A stretch of 64,000 nucleotides of DNA from an uncultured delta proteobacterium (GCA_963727445.1 CAVSGI010000011.1:64001-128000), one strand, 5' to 3'. Counted from the stretch's first letter, positions 1 through 10,806 are shown. A program made the numbers and translations. Notes: generated by a model not told the origin, from the letters alone.

Positions 1-1010
1 ACCTCTCTTACAGCCAAGAGCAGTTCCGAACCGAGACCGGCGCCGTGCTCGGTGAGTACAACAAGAGCGCGTCGAATCCGTTCTTGAAGATGTGGGAGAC
101 GATCAGTGAGATGGGCTTCCACCGTCACACGTACGGGCACACGACGATCGGCTACCTCCGCGACGTCCAGGCGATGCCGGAGAACTTCCGCTACTCGCAG
201 CAGTTCTTCCAGCGCTACTACACCCCGGACGACTGCACGATCATCGTCGCCGGGGACGTCGACCACGATCGCCTCATGTCCCTCGTCCGAGCGCACTACG
301 GGGGCTGGCGTGGTCACCGTCATCACGAGCGTGTGCCGACCGAGCCGGAGCCGCGCGCCGGCGCGCGTCGCGACCTCACGTGGGACGGCTCGACACCGCC
401 GCGCATGTTCGTGGCCTATCGGGCGCCGAGCTTCGAAGGAACGGGGCGCACCGAGGCGCAGAAGGCGGCCTCGATCAGAGAGACAGCCGCGCTCCAGGTC
501 GTGCACGCGCTCGCGTTCGATCCGTCGAGCCCGCTCTACCAGCGCCTGGTCGTCGACGAGCAGAAGGTCCTCGAGCTGTCGAGCTGGGCGGGTGAGTTCA
601 GCCGGGACCCGCACTTCTTCATGGCGACGGTGACGCTCAAGCCCGGTGAGGCGTTCGACCCCATCCTCGACGCGATCCAGGAGGAGCTCGCGAAGATCGG
701 TCGCGGGGAGGTGCCCGCCGAGCGCATCGAGGCGGTGAAGAGCCACGTCCGGTACGGGATGCTCACCAACATCGAGACCCCCGATCAGATAGCGGACCTC
801 ATCGCGCAGTTCATCGCCGTGGGGAACGACCTCGGCGCGATGTCCGCTTACCTTCAGGCGCTCGCTGCCGTGACGCCCGAGGACGTCGCGCGCGCGGCCA
901 GCCAATACCTGGTGCCTGATCGCCGGTTCGTCGTGACGCTCGCGCCGGCGCCAGAGGGGAGCGCGGGCGAGCCTGGCGCCGCAACCGGGGCCGCAGGAGG
1001 TGCACGATGA
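1..1010 (+). CDS. M16 (insulinase/pitrilysin) family zinc peptidase, 5' end outside the window
   Basis: Frame is open to the window edge (LSYSQEQFRTETGAVLGEY...). Contains HTYGHTTIG, FFQRYYTPDDCTIIVAGDVD and LAAVTPEDVARAASQYL, typical of M16 proteins. The HxxEH motif would lie upstream. Confidence 0.85.
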   Translation, partial: LSYSQEQFRTETGAVLGEYNKSASNPFLKMWETISEMGFHRHTYGHTTIGYLRDVQAMPENFRYSQQFFQRYYTPDDCTIIVAGDVDHDRLMSLVRAHYGGWRGHRHHERVPTEPEPRAGARRDLTWDGSTPPRMFVAYRAPSFEGTGRTEAQKAASIRETAALQVVHALAFDPSSPLYQRLVVDEQKVLELSSWAGEFSRDPHFFMATVTLKPGEAFDPILDAIQEELAKIGRGEVPAERIEAVKSHVRYGMLTNIETPDQIADLIAQFIAVGNDLGAMSAYLQALAAVTPEDVARAASQYLVPDRRFVVTLAPAPEGSAGEPGAATGAAGGAR

Positions 1011-2584
1011 CGCGCGCCCTCACCATCCTGTTCACCGTCTCACTCGTGGCGTGTGGCCCGAGCACGCCGCACCCGTCGGAGCCGGTCGGCCACGTCACCG
1101 GCGGCGGCCAGAACGAGGGCGGCTCGGGCGCCGGCGCCCGCGAGCCGCTGGGACACACGGCGCTCATCGAGAAGCGGAGCGAGTCGCCCATCATCACGCT
1201 TCGCGTGTCCTTCGACGCCGGCTCGTCGTCCGACACGGCCGGGCGCGAAGGTGTGACCTACGTGGCGGCGCACCTCATGGCCGAGGGCGGCGCTGGCGAC
1301 CTCACCTACGCCGAGCTGACCAAGCGTCTCTTCCCGATGGCCGCGCAGCTCTCCGTCACCGTGGGCAGAGATCAGACGACCTTCGTTGCGCGCGTGCATC
1401 GGGACTTCCTCGACCGGTTCTACGCGATCTTCCACGACGTCCTCGCGCGCCCGAAGATGGGACGTGAGGACTTCGAGCGCATCGTCGCGCAGACGCGGAG
1501 CCAGCTCACGCTCGAGCTTCGCGGCAACGATGACGAGGCGCTCGGCAAGGAGGTCCTGGAGGCGATGCTCTACGAGGGGCACCCGTACGGCCACCCGGTG
1601 CTCGGCACCGAGTCCGGCCTCGCGGCGCTCCGCGTCGACGACGTACGCGCACAGCGCGCCAAAGTGTTGTGCGGGCCACGCGCGGTCGTCGGTCTGGCCG
1701 GCGACTACCCGGATGGGTTCGCCGAGCGCGTGCAACGGGACGTCGCTGCCATCACATCCGATGCGTGCGTCGGGCGTCGGGTGCTTCCCGCCGCGCCCAC
1801 GGTCGCGTCTCCACGCATCTGGCTCGTCGACAAGCCCGAGGCGCAGTCCGTCGCGATCAGCATGGGCATGCACATCGACGTCGAGCGCGGCGACGAGGAT
1901 TATCCGGCGCTCGTCCTCGCGACGACGTACCTCGGCCAGCACCGGCAGTTCGTCGGACGCTTGATGCAGAAGATGCGCGGCGACCGCGGGCTGAACTATG
2001 GCGACTACGCCTACGTCGAGTACTTCGAGCAGGAGGGCTGGGGCCGATTCCCGCTCCCGGACACGTCGCGCCGCCAGCAGTACTTCTCGATCTGGATCCG
2101 CCCGGTGCGCCCGGAGCAGGCGCACTTCGCGCTGCGAATGGCGGTGCGGGAGCTTAGCCTCTTCGCCGAAGAGGGGATGACCGAGGCGGATTTCGAGCGC
2201 GTGCGCACCTTCGCCGATCGCTACTACGCGCTCTATCTGCAGACGGAGTCGCGCCGCCTCGGGTACGCGATCGACGACCGATTCTACGGGGCGAGCGCGC
2301 CTTACCTCGAGGCGCTCCGCGGCGCCTGGCGCGAGCTCACCGTCGAGGAGGTGAACGCCGCCATCGCGCGACACATCCACCCGGAGCATCTCGAGATCGC
2401 CATCGTCACCAAGGACGCCGCCGCGTTCGCGGACACGATCGCGTCCGAGGCGCCGTCTCCGATCGAATACGCCGCCGAGGCGACGCCCTCCGTATTGGAG
2501 GAGGACCGAGCGATCGTGCCCTACCGCATCGGTATTCCGCGAGATCGGATGACGATCGTTCCGGTGGGGGAGACGTTTCGGTAG
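1007..2584 (+). CDS. M16 peptidase-like lipoprotein, non-catalytic partner subunit
   Basis: Lipobox LVAC; GHPYGHPVLGT; HxxEH degenerate (YVAAHLMAEG); R/Y motif MRGDRGLNYG; ATGA overlap with the upstream M16 gene. Confidence 0.8.
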   Translation: MTRALTILFTVSLVACGPSTPHPSEPVGHVTGGGQNEGGSGAGAREPLGHTALIEKRSESPIITLRVSFDAGSSSDTAGREGVTYVAAHLMAEGGAGDLTYAELTKRLFPMAAQLSVTVGRDQTTFVARVHRDFLDRFYAIFHDVLARPKMGREDFERIVAQTRSQLTLELRGNDDEALGKEVLEAMLYEGHPYGHPVLGTESGLAALRVDDVRAQRAKVLCGPRAVVGLAGDYPDGFAERVQRDVAAITSDACVGRRVLPAAPTVASPRIWLVDKPEAQSVAISMGMHIDVERGDEDYPALVLATTYLGQHRQFVGRLMQKMRGDRGLNYGDYAYVEYFEQEGWGRFPLPDTSRRQQYFSIWIRPVRPEQAHFALRMAVRELSLFAEEGMTEADFERVRTFADRYYALYLQTESRRLGYAIDDRFYGASAPYLEALRGAWRELTVEEVNAAIARHIHPEHLEIAIVTKDAAAFADTIASEAPSPIEYAAEATPSVLEEDRAIVPYRIGIPRDRMTIVPVGETFR

Positions 2585-2654
2585 AAGATCGGGTTCGCCG
2601 CTCGGCCGAGCGACCTCGCCGTGACTCGGCCGGCTCTCTGATAGCGTAGTCACC

Positions 2655-3036
2655 GTGGCCAGCACCGACGACGAGGCTCAGGCGCGCGCCGCCCGCATCC
2701 GCGAGGAAGCACGGGCTTGGGGCGAGCGAGATGCGCGTGACGAGGCCATCCAGCGTCGTAAGCGAGCGCGCGTGGGCCGAGCTCTCATGCTCGCGGTACT
2801 GCCAATACCCTGGATGATGACGGCTGTTCTCGTCTACGGCGCGCTCTTTCGAGCCGACTCGTTGCCGTCGCACGTCCCCACGCCCGATGGGCCCAATTCC
2901 CGGCGGCCTATCGCTCCTCGACAGGCTCCTTCACACCATGAGCGGGCAGAACGCGATGCTCGTCGTGTCCCTGGTGAGCCTCGTCCTGTCGATCGCGGTC
3001 ACGATCAGCGTGCGCCGAACGCTCGCGAAGCTCTGA
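2655..3036 (+). CDS. Small two-TM membrane protein, frameshifted near 2890-2900
   Basis: First TM (LMLAVLPIPWMMTAVLVYGALF) is in the 2655 frame. Second TM (AMLVVSLVSLVLSIAVTISVRR) is in the shifted frame ending TGA 3034-3036. Confidence 0.45.
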
Positions 3037-3207
3037 GCAGGGAGCCACTGCCGGGTCGCGCTGCCCGGCAGCCGTCCTTCGTCTCCCCATCGAAGTTCAC
3101 AACTGAGACGGACCGCTCGCACGAGGCGACCCCGCGCCCGCCGCGTCTTCTCGGCCGTCCCGCCGTCTTGCGGGTGTCCTGGACCGGCGACTGCTAAGCT
3201 CACCGAT

Positions 3208-4281
3208 GTGCGGTGTGTTTGGTGGTCGTTGCTTTTGGCTCTGGGCCTATCGGGCGGCTGCGGCCGACTCGACTTCGTGCGTATGACGCCCGACGGATCC
3301 ATCGATGGAGCGCTGGACGGCGGTCGGCCCGACGCTTTGTCGGAAGCAGGCTCCGACGCGCGACTCGTCGACGCCGCGGCCGATGCACCTCCCCCCGACT
3401 CTGGTGAGCCACCGCTGGACGCTTCACCCGACGCCGCCCCTCCGCCCGGCCTCGCAACCGTCGACAGCTTCGAGATCGGCTGGGCCACGGAGACGAACGC
3501 ATACTGGCAATGGGCGGTGAGCATCGCGGCGGACGACTTCGACCGCTTCGAGCTGGTGACCGGCCCGACCACCGATGTCGTCCGTGCCCGCGCAGATTCG
3601 AGCACGCTCTGGGGCTCGGCCCAGAACCCCGAGCTCGGCTTCCTCGAGATCCCGAGCGGTGATCCCGTGACACACACGTTGACCGTCGGGCATCCGCCCG
3701 GCAGCCGGGTCTTCGGGCAGCTCGCCGTGTGGGACACGCGCGGGGGTGTCACGTTCTCCGAGGTCGTCTCGATACAGCTCCTCTCCCCCACCGCGGAGAT
3801 CGTGCTCTTTGCCGACGCTGACACGGCTGGCTACTCGATCCCGGCGTCGTACGCGCGGAGCGCGACGGATCCCTACGCGGGCACGTACTGCTACGAGTTC
3901 ACCTGCGGACCCAGCGACTGTTTCGAGAACCTGCGCCGCCAGAACATCGCCGTCGACGTCTCGGCCATCCCCGCGGACGCCTTCGATGGAGCCTTCTTCG
4001 AGTTCGCCCTTCGTCTCGACGGACCACCGGAAGCCCGCCCTTCCTATTGGTCCGACGTGCGCCTCGGCTTCGCCGACGGCAGCCTCTTGGGCTTCCACTG
4101 GATCACCTTCTCGCGCGGGCCCTACCGAGTGATCCAGATCCCGCTCGCTCAGCTGACCTCGGCCGACGGAGCGCTCACTCCAGCCCTCACGTCGTCCACA
4201 CTCCTCGACGAGTTCTGGGTCGGCGGCCAGTGGCCTGCCGACACCGCCGTTCGTTTCGACGAAGCCCGCATCCGCTGGTGA
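3208..4281 (+). CDS. Hypothetical lipoprotein with D/A/G/P-rich linker and beta-rich domains
   Basis: Signal peptide plus GGC-GRLDF lipobox, acidic low-complexity linker, 357 aa ORF. Confidence 0.65.
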   Translation: MRCVWWSLLLALGLSGGCGRLDFVRMTPDGSIDGALDGGRPDALSEAGSDARLVDAAADAPPPDSGEPPLDASPDAAPPPGLATVDSFEIGWATETNAYWQWAVSIAADDFDRFELVTGPTTDVVRARADSSTLWGSAQNPELGFLEIPSGDPVTHTLTVGHPPGSRVFGQLAVWDTRGGVTFSEVVSIQLLSPTAEIVLFADADTAGYSIPASYARSATDPYAGTYCYEFTCGPSDCFENLRRQNIAVDVSAIPADAFDGAFFEFALRLDGPPEARPSYWSDVRLGFADGSLLGFHWITFSRGPYRVIQIPLAQLTSADGALTPALTSSTLLDEFWVGGQWPADTAVRFDEARIRW

Positions 4282-4293
4282 TCGACTCTCTGC

Positions 4294-4495
4294 GCTGATC
4301 TTCTGACCATGGCTCGTTCGCTCGAGGCCGAGGGGTTGAGGCGGCGTGGGGTCGTGGGGGTGGGAGCGCACGTCCGTTCCGCTGCGCGCGCAGCTCTGTG
4401 GTCAATTCTCGTCGCCACTCCCCGCCCGCCGATGCCCCTCGGGACCCTCCGTGCGGTCGGGCAAGCATTGGCCGCTCGCCCAAAGACGAACGCCC
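4294..4495. repeat. Dispersed ~200 bp structured intergenic element, copy 1
   Basis: 4361-4450 matches 11451-11540 at 87/90 nt. Shares the GCTGATCTTCTG start; lacks 15 nt of the left inverted-repeat arm. Confidence 0.9.
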
Positions 4496-4611
4496 AGCAG
4501 GGCTTCGATCCGACGCCTACTCACCTACCCCCCTGAGAAGGAGTGTACGGCAGTCCGGCTGAGCGGATCTACTCACGATTTGACTGGTAGTCGCCTATAC
4601 TCGCCGACATC

Positions 4612-6378
4612 GTGCGGGGGACGATGCAGGTGGTTCTGGTCGGGCTGCTCACCATCCTTTCGGGATGCAGCTTCCTCGGTCTGTTCGACGCCCCCCCCGT
4701 CAACATCACGTGTACCGATGACGCGATCTGCGAGGAGATGCTCGGCTCCGATGATTGCCATCGCGGCACCTGTGGTTCGGACGGTGTGTGTGCGCTCCAC
4801 TTGCTCGATGAAGATCGCGACGGGTTCGCCCCTGCCGGCTGCGCGTCGCCCCCGGATTGCGACGATACGAATCCCAGTGTCAATCCCGGGGCCATGGAGA
4901 TCTGCGGGCTGGCCGACGACGACTGCGACGGGAGCATCGACGAGCCGCCCGCTTCGGACAGTTGCACACTGGCCAATGCCACCGCGGTCTGTGAAGCCAG
5001 CGCCTGTCGAGTCGATCAGTGCATGACCGGGTTCGGAGACTGTGATCGACAACCGCTCAACGGCTGTGAGGCCGACTTCACCCAGCCGGCCTCCTGCGGT
5101 GGGTGCAGCTTGGAGTGCAAGACCTCCGGCGCCATTTGCACCACCTTGCAGGAGTGTTCACCCGTCACCGAGTGGCAGGCGGTGTTCACGCACCAGGACT
5201 TCGAACAGGTCGTCGTCCGTGATGTGGCCTCCACCGAGAGCGGTGAGGTCTTCGTGCTGGCGACGGTGTACGGTGCGCTAGACCTCCGAGAAGCAGGCAT
5301 GCTCGACGGCGGGGCCACAGGAAGCACATTCGTGCTCGGCCTTTCGAGTGGGGGCGCACCCACGTGGGCCACCGAGCTCGCGGAAGGTCCCTCGGAACCA
5401 CCCACTGGGTCCAGGCCCAGGGAGCCGGCGGCGATCGTCGTCGAGGGAGACGCGATCTTCGTATTCGTGGGTGGCCTGGCCACCACCAGCCTCCTCGCGC
5501 GCTTGACTCTCTCGGGCGCTATCGCTTGGCAGCGGGCAATCACCGACGGCATGGCGGGAATGGACGAGCCTCTGCTCCTGGCGGACAGCTCGCAGGTCGT
5601 GCTGGTGTGGGCCGGCGTGCGTGCCTTCGCTTCCGCCGACGGCAGTCCGACGTGGGGAGTCGACCTCGGAATCGCTATGGAGCCATCCGAAGGAATCGCT
5701 GGAGCGACACTCCAGAGTGACGGACTGCTCATCGCGGGTATCTCGTCGATGCCGCTCGGCCTGGTCGACCTTGGGACGATTTCCACGATCGACACCGGTT
5801 TCATGGGCATGGCGGATGGTTCGGTCTATCTCCTCGCACTCACTTCTTCGGGCGCTTTCCGCTGGATCCGCGCGTTGCTCGATCCCAGTCCCATGATGGA
5901 GCTAGAGCCCTACGGGTTCGTGCCCCTGAATGGGGAGCGAGCATTGGTCCTCAAGGGCCGCTTCAGCGTGTCGTCCGAGCGCATCGACGAACCAGGACGC
6001 CCAACCGTCGTGCGGCTCGCAACCGCAGACGGCGCGGTCCTCGGAGCCGATACGATCGACCTCTCGTTGGATATGAGCGCTCCACACGGCTTGCGAGGCG
6101 GTTCCGAGCTCTGGTTCGTCAACACCGTTTACGACACGACCGTCGTTGGCGTCGCTGGCAGCCCCCTGGCGCCCTTCTACGAGTTCGACCCACGTACTGG
6201 CCTTGTTCCGGGGTCACCGGTTTTCGACTACGTCCAAGCCATACCCTCTAGTGATTCGTTGATCGTGGCCGGGGACGCGCTTCGTCCTTTCGAGACTGAC
6301 GCCGGCGATGTCTCCTTCGCGTCGGATCAGGGCGCATTCGTGATCATGAAGCTCGCGGGGCTCCCGGTCGGGTCATGA
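4612..6378 (+). CDS. Cys-rich lipoprotein with MopE-like putative metal-binding repeat and probable beta-propeller
   Basis: Lipobox LSGC; DCDDTNPSVNPGAMEICGLADDDCDGSIDE motif; repeated G.xxW strands in the C-terminal half. Confidence 0.7.
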   Translation: MRGTMQVVLVGLLTILSGCSFLGLFDAPPVNITCTDDAICEEMLGSDDCHRGTCGSDGVCALHLLDEDRDGFAPAGCASPPDCDDTNPSVNPGAMEICGLADDDCDGSIDEPPASDSCTLANATAVCEASACRVDQCMTGFGDCDRQPLNGCEADFTQPASCGGCSLECKTSGAICTTLQECSPVTEWQAVFTHQDFEQVVVRDVASTESGEVFVLATVYGALDLREAGMLDGGATGSTFVLGLSSGGAPTWATELAEGPSEPPTGSRPREPAAIVVEGDAIFVFVGGLATTSLLARLTLSGAIAWQRAITDGMAGMDEPLLLADSSQVVLVWAGVRAFASADGSPTWGVDLGIAMEPSEGIAGATLQSDGLLIAGISSMPLGLVDLGTISTIDTGFMGMADGSVYLLALTSSGAFRWIRALLDPSPMMELEPYGFVPLNGERALVLKGRFSVSSERIDEPGRPTVVRLATADGAVLGADTIDLSLDMSAPHGLRGGSELWFVNTVYDTTVVGVAGSPLAPFYEFDPRTGLVPGSPVFDYVQAIPSSDSLIVAGDALRPFETDAGDVSFASDQGAFVIMKLAGLPVGS

Positions 6379-7403
6379 CTCTCGAGCTGGACAGGGAGAG
6401 GACGATGCGTGCCGCGTTCTTGGTTGCCGCCCTCCTGCTCACGAGCTCGACTGCATTCGCTCAGGAGCCGGAGGAGACCACAGCAGAGGATGACGTCGAG
6501 GACACTGGGGAAGGCGAGACCCAAGCTGCGGAAGAAGTCGAGGCGCCGCCCGACACTCCGGAGATCCGCGAAGCGCGTCGGCACTACGAGCAGGGCGCGG
6601 TCTTCTTTCGGCAGGAGCGCTACGAGCAGGCGATCAGCGAGTTCACCGAGGCGTATGCACTCTGGGACAACCCGCTCATCCTCTACAGCCTCGGCCAGGC
6701 CAACGAACGGCTGCTGCGTGTGACACGCGCGATCAGCTTTTACGAGCGCTTCCTTCGGGCGGCGCCCGACGATCCACGGACCGCAGAGGTCGAGGACACG
6801 GTGCGTGGGCTGCGAATGCTCTTGGCGACAGTGGTCGTCGAGTCGAACGTGCCCGCTACGGTGCACGTCGACGGGCAGGAGCTCGGGGAGGCCCCAGGAG
6901 AGTTCGAGCTGAGCACCGGGACGTACACAGTCGAGCTCCGCGCGGAGGGATTCGAGCCTGCGAGCCAATCCGTGCAGCTGGCGGCGCGGACATCGCGCAC
7001 GCTGTCCTTCGAGCTCGAGGAGGTTCCGGAGGCATCGACGACGATCGAGCAGACGACGATCGTGGAAGGCCGAGAGGGGCTCTCGCGGGTGTGGTTCTGG
7101 ACCGGGCTTGGCGTCACCGGCGCCGCGGTCATCACGGCGTCCATCCTCGGCGGAGTGACGCTGCAGAAGGCGTCTGATTACGAGGCCGATCCGATGCGAA
7201 CCAAAACGGCGCAGGACCAAGGTAACCGGCTCGCATTGATGACGGACGTCGCCATCGGAGCCTCGGTGCTCTTTGCCGTCGGGACGCTTCTGCTCTACCT
7301 CAACACCGATTGGGGCGCCGACGAGGAGGACGCCGCGGCGGTCAGCGCCGAGGCGGCGATCCTGCCGGGCGGTGGGTTCATCGGCGTTCGTGGGCGACTC
7401 TGA
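6375..7403 (+). CDS. Secreted TPR + PEGA domain protein
   Basis: Signal peptide (AFA-Q); TPR (YEQAISEFTEAY); PEGA (SNVPATVHVDGQELGEAP); two hydrophobic helices and a terminal beta-hairpin. Confidence 0.8.
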   Translation: MTLELDRERTMRAAFLVAALLLTSSTAFAQEPEETTAEDDVEDTGEGETQAAEEVEAPPDTPEIREARRHYEQGAVFFRQERYEQAISEFTEAYALWDNPLILYSLGQANERLLRVTRAISFYERFLRAAPDDPRTAEVEDTVRGLRMLLATVVVESNVPATVHVDGQELGEAPGEFELSTGTYTVELRAEGFEPASQSVQLAARTSRTLSFELEEVPEASTTIEQTTIVEGREGLSRVWFWTGLGVTGAAVITASILGGVTLQKASDYEADPMRTKTAQDQGNRLALMTDVAIGASVLFAVGTLLLYLNTDWGADEEDAAAVSAEAAILPGGGFIGVRGRL

Positions 7404-7409
7404 TCGGGG

Positions 7410-9125
7410 TCAGATCGAGTCCGGGATGTCGCCCATGGCGCCCGTGTAGACAGTGCCGTGCATCGTAGCCGTCATGATCGGGGCGGCCGTCGACTCTTCT
7501 TCCGGCGGCGCTACGACCGGTGGGGCAGCCACCATCGGTGCTTCCATCACTGGAGCCGCCGAGATACGCATCGACGGCCGGCGCATCTCGCTTCCGCGTC
7601 GTTCATCTGCTGCGTTTTCGGTCGGCCGCCCGGCGAGGAAACGCTCGAGCTCGGGGTCGGATGCGTCCTGCACCCCGCGACCGCGCTCGAGGTCGACCCA
7701 GAGGGATCGTGATTCGTCCATGACCAGCCAAAAGCGACGCCCTTCACGCCTGTGGGCGCGGACGGTGACGCTCTCGGGCTGTGATGAACGGGACATCTCC
7801 ATTCGATAGGGCAGGGAATGCGTCTCCCCGCGCAGCTCGACCTCGGCGCCATCGTCGGGAGACTCGATGCTCAACACCACGGTCATCGGCTCAGCCGGCA
7901 CCTCGATGCCCGCCGGCGGCACGTCGGGTTCCGATTGCTCCTCGCTCGCTGGCGCGGCCACGGTCTCGACCGGGGCGGCGGCTTCGTCCGTTCCATTGAG
8001 CATCGTCGTGGCGGCAGCGCCCAGTCCCACGACCGCCGAGGCGGCGATGACGATCAGCTTCCATGGCTTGCTGGCTCGCACGGGCGTTGGCGGCCGCACG
8101 CTCTCGGCCGCCATGGGTGTTTCCGCGAGCACGGCGGTGCGGTGGGAATCGACAGGCTTCGTCAGCACAGGGGACGCGTCGATGGCGGCGAAGGGTTCGA
8201 GCGCCTGAGCGAGGTCGTCCATCGACGAAAAGCGAGCGTCGGGATCCTTGGCGAGCGACTTCTCGACGACGGCGACGAGGTCGGAAGGAAGATCGGAGCG
8301 GAGCTCGGAGAGGGGCGTGGGTTCCTCGGAGATGATCTTCACCATCAGTGCGGGGAGTGAGTCCGCGGGATGCGGGACGCGGCCCGAGAGCGCCTCATAC
8401 ACGATGGCGCCCAGCGCGTAGATGTCGGCGCGTTCGTCGACCTTGCTCGCGTCGCGCGCCTGCTCGGGCGCCATGTAGTACGGCGTACCCATTATCGTTC
8501 CCGTGTTCGTGCCGGGGCTGGATGCGAGTGACGCAGTGAATTTCGAGATCCCGAAGTCGAGGACTTTCACGAAGTCCTTCTGGCCGTGCTCCTCCGTCAG
8601 GAAGATGTTGTCCGGCTTCATGTCTCGATGAACGATGCCCTTGACGTGGGCGGCCGAAAGCGCGGACGCGACCTGCATGGCGATGCGCACGACGCGCCCC
8701 ACCGGCATGGGCCCCGACGCCTCCATCTCCTGGCCGAGATCACGTCCTTCGAGCAATTCGAGGACGGCGAATGGGGAGCCGTCGGCGGCGCGACCCATGT
8801 CCGTCGCCTTGAGGATGTTGGGGTGGCCGAGCATGCCTGCGGCGCGCGCCTCGTTCATGAAGCGCTTCACGACTGCTGGGTCGGAGGCAAAAGCGACATG
8901 CAGCAGCTTGATCGCGCACTTCGCGCCGATCATCGTGTGCTCGGCCTCGTAGACCGTGCCCATTCCGCCACCGCCCAGCTTGCGCGTGATCCGATAGCGC
9001 TCCCCGAGCGTCTCCCCGATGCGGGGATCTTCTGCGGGAGGAAGATCTCCAAGCCGTCGACGTCCACCTGGTCGCTCATCTAGTCGCGTGGGCCCCGATC
9101 CCAACCGAGTCGCCGACTCTATCAC
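7410..9125 (-). CDS. Membrane Ser/Thr (Hanks-type) protein kinase with extracytoplasmic PEGA-like domain
   Basis: GGGGMGTVY, AIK, HRDMKPDN, DFG, GTPYYMAPEQ; TM segment, then a PEGA-like strand pattern. Exact start uncertain. Confidence 0.92.
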   Translation of the reverse strand: MIESATRLGSGPTRLDERPGGRRRLGDLPPAEDPRIGETLGERYRITRKLGGGGMGTVYEAEHTMIGAKCAIKLLHVAFASDPAVVKRFMNEARAAGMLGHPNILKATDMGRAADGSPFAVLELLEGRDLGQEMEASGPMPVGRVVRIAMQVASALSAAHVKGIVHRDMKPDNIFLTEEHGQKDFVKVLDFGISKFTASLASSPGTNTGTIMGTPYYMAPEQARDASKVDERADIYALGAIVYEALSGRVPHPADSLPALMVKIISEEPTPLSELRSDLPSDLVAVVEKSLAKDPDARFSSMDDLAQALEPFAAIDASPVLTKPVDSHRTAVLAETPMAAESVRPPTPVRASKPWKLIVIAASAVVGLGAAATTMLNGTDEAAAPVETVAAPASEEQSEPDVPPAGIEVPAEPMTVVLSIESPDDGAEVELRGETHSLPYRMEMSRSSQPESVTVRAHRREGRRFWLVMDESRSLWVDLERGRGVQDASDPELERFLAGRPTENAADERRGSEMRRPSMRISAAPVMEAPMVAAPPVVAPPEEESTAAPIMTATMHGTVYTGAMGDIPDSI

Positions 9126-9235
9126 GCCACAGCAGGGTGAAGAGGAGGGCCCGCGTCAGCAAAATGCCCCGGTAGAAATCCACCGGGGAGTCGCGACGGG
9201 GTCGGTCTCCTACTCGACCTGCTCCGCGCGGTCGG

Positions 9236-9982
9236 TCAGCAGATGAACCAGCGTTCCGGGTGCCGAGCCGGCTGGGATCTCGGATCGACTCGCCGAGGAC
9301 TCCCCGCACGCATTCCTGGGTCGGCGTTCCTTCGAGGTCGCCTTGGAGCGAGACGATGGGGATCAGCGCGGTCTCCCATTCGACCCGAATGGCGAGACGG
9401 GTCACGCCGGCGCACGCAAGGATGTCCGAGCCATGCTCTTCGAGCGTCGCGCGCACCATGGCTTCGACCGACTCGCTCCGAACCGCGGCGACGTTCTCGG
9501 TAACGGTGATTTCGCCGGTATCGAGGTGGACGGTGATGAAGCGCCTTTCGCCGACGGACGGTTGAACCTGGGCGCCGTCGAACAATTCCGTCACACGCAC
9601 CAGGTCTTCCCTGGCCCGATGAAGCATCCGGCCAGCGCGAGTGGCGCCGTCGAGTCTCCTGTTGGTACGGAAACTCCGGCGGCGTGCCTCGGAGAAAGCG
9701 CGGCGCCTCTCCCTCGGTGGCCGTGCGGAACGTCTCTTCGTCGATGTATTGGCATCGTTTCCAGCGAGAGTGCGGTCCAACTGGGCAGTGCACGCGAAAC
9801 GACGTGCCGCAGGCGGTGCCGACCCAGAGTCTCCCCATCCCGGGAACGTCCTGCATCGAGCCCTGAATGTCCCGGCAGTGGTAGTCCCGATAGATCTGCT
9901 TCTCGGGCTTGGTGAGGCGCGGTCCACACGCGGACACCATCGCGATCACCGCCAGCACGCTGGCAGTTCCAATCCTCCCCAC
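9236..9982 (-). CDS. Hypothetical lipoprotein, frameshifted near 9620-9660
   Basis: GTG 9982 start with lipobox VSAC. Protein-like sequence continues in another frame (EDLVRVTELFDG...ECVRGVLG). 3' end uncertain. Confidence 0.4.
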   Translation of the reverse strand: MGRIGTASVLAVIAMVSACGPRLTKPEKQIYRDYHCRDIQGSMQDVPGMGRLWVGTACGTSFRVHCPVGPHSRWKRCQYIDEETFRTATEGEAPRFLRGTPPEFPYQQETRRRHSRWPDASSGQGRPGACDGIVRRRPGSTVRRRKALHHRPPRYRRNHRYRERRRGSERVGRSHGARDARRAWLGHPCVRRRDPSRHSGRMGDRADPHRLAPRRPRRNADPGMRAGSPRRVDPRSQPARHPERWFIC

Positions 9983-10090
9983 GCGCGCAAGGTAACAGCG
10001 GACGACGCCTGCGTGAAGGTGGATGAATGGATGGAAGCCGCCGGGCGCCACTCATCAACAAACGTCACGAACAGGAGCTATCCTCGCCGC

Positions 10091-10729
10091 ATGGGCGAGG
10101 TCCTCGTGCATCGCAGACAGCGCACGCTCTTCGGCAAGCACGGCGCGGCTGGGGGCCCGGGTCTGGTCGCGGGTTCGAGGACCTTCGACGCGCTGGCGTT
10201 CGCGTTTCGCGGCATCACGCAGCGGCGTCGCGTGAAGAAGCTTCTCGCTCGTGCGGGGGCTGTCGCGCCGCTGAACACCGTCAGCGAAGGGGTCGTCCGA
10301 GTGAAGGGCCGCGTGGAAATTCTCGAGGCGGTCTCCGACCGCGGCCAGGGCCCAGTGGCGGCGTTCGCGTGGCGGGGCGCCGATGACGGCGTGTGCGGTT
10401 GCGGCGCGGACTGCACAGCGATGGTCCGCGTCGTCGAGACGCGCATGGCTGCGGGAAGGTTCTTGGTGCGCGACCAAAGTGGCGTCGCGCTCGTGACGGG
10501 GCCGTGGATTCGCCTCCTCGACGACCTCGGGGGCGACCTGAATGCCGAATCGGGCGGGCTCTACGTGCGCGAGGGCGACGCCATCACGGTGCTGGGCGAG
10601 GTCCGTCTCGACACCGTCGACGAGCCGCGAGCGCGCATGACGGATGGCTACCGAGGAGTCAGGAAGACACCGGTGTTCCTCGGCGAAGAGAGCACCCCTT
10701 TGTACGTCTTCTGCGAGCCCGAGACCTGA
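10091..10729 (+). CDS. Hypothetical protein, weak resemblance to GIDE-like domain
   Basis: ATG 10091 after TATCCT; VVRVKGRV, FLVRDQSGVALV and VREGDAITVLGEV segments. Confidence 0.45.
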   Translation: MGEVLVHRRQRTLFGKHGAAGGPGLVAGSRTFDALAFAFRGITQRRRVKKLLARAGAVAPLNTVSEGVVRVKGRVEILEAVSDRGQGPVAAFAWRGADDGVCGCGADCTAMVRVVETRMAAGRFLVRDQSGVALVTGPWIRLLDDLGGDLNAESGGLYVREGDAITVLGEVRLDTVDEPRARMTDGYRGVRKTPVFLGEESTPLYVFCEPET

Positions 10730-10806
10730 GCGTCTCGCAGTGTGGAAGTCGTCGGCTGCCGTGCTGTTGGGGGTCCCTTCTCCCACGTGGGAGCATCCAC
10801 CCCATC

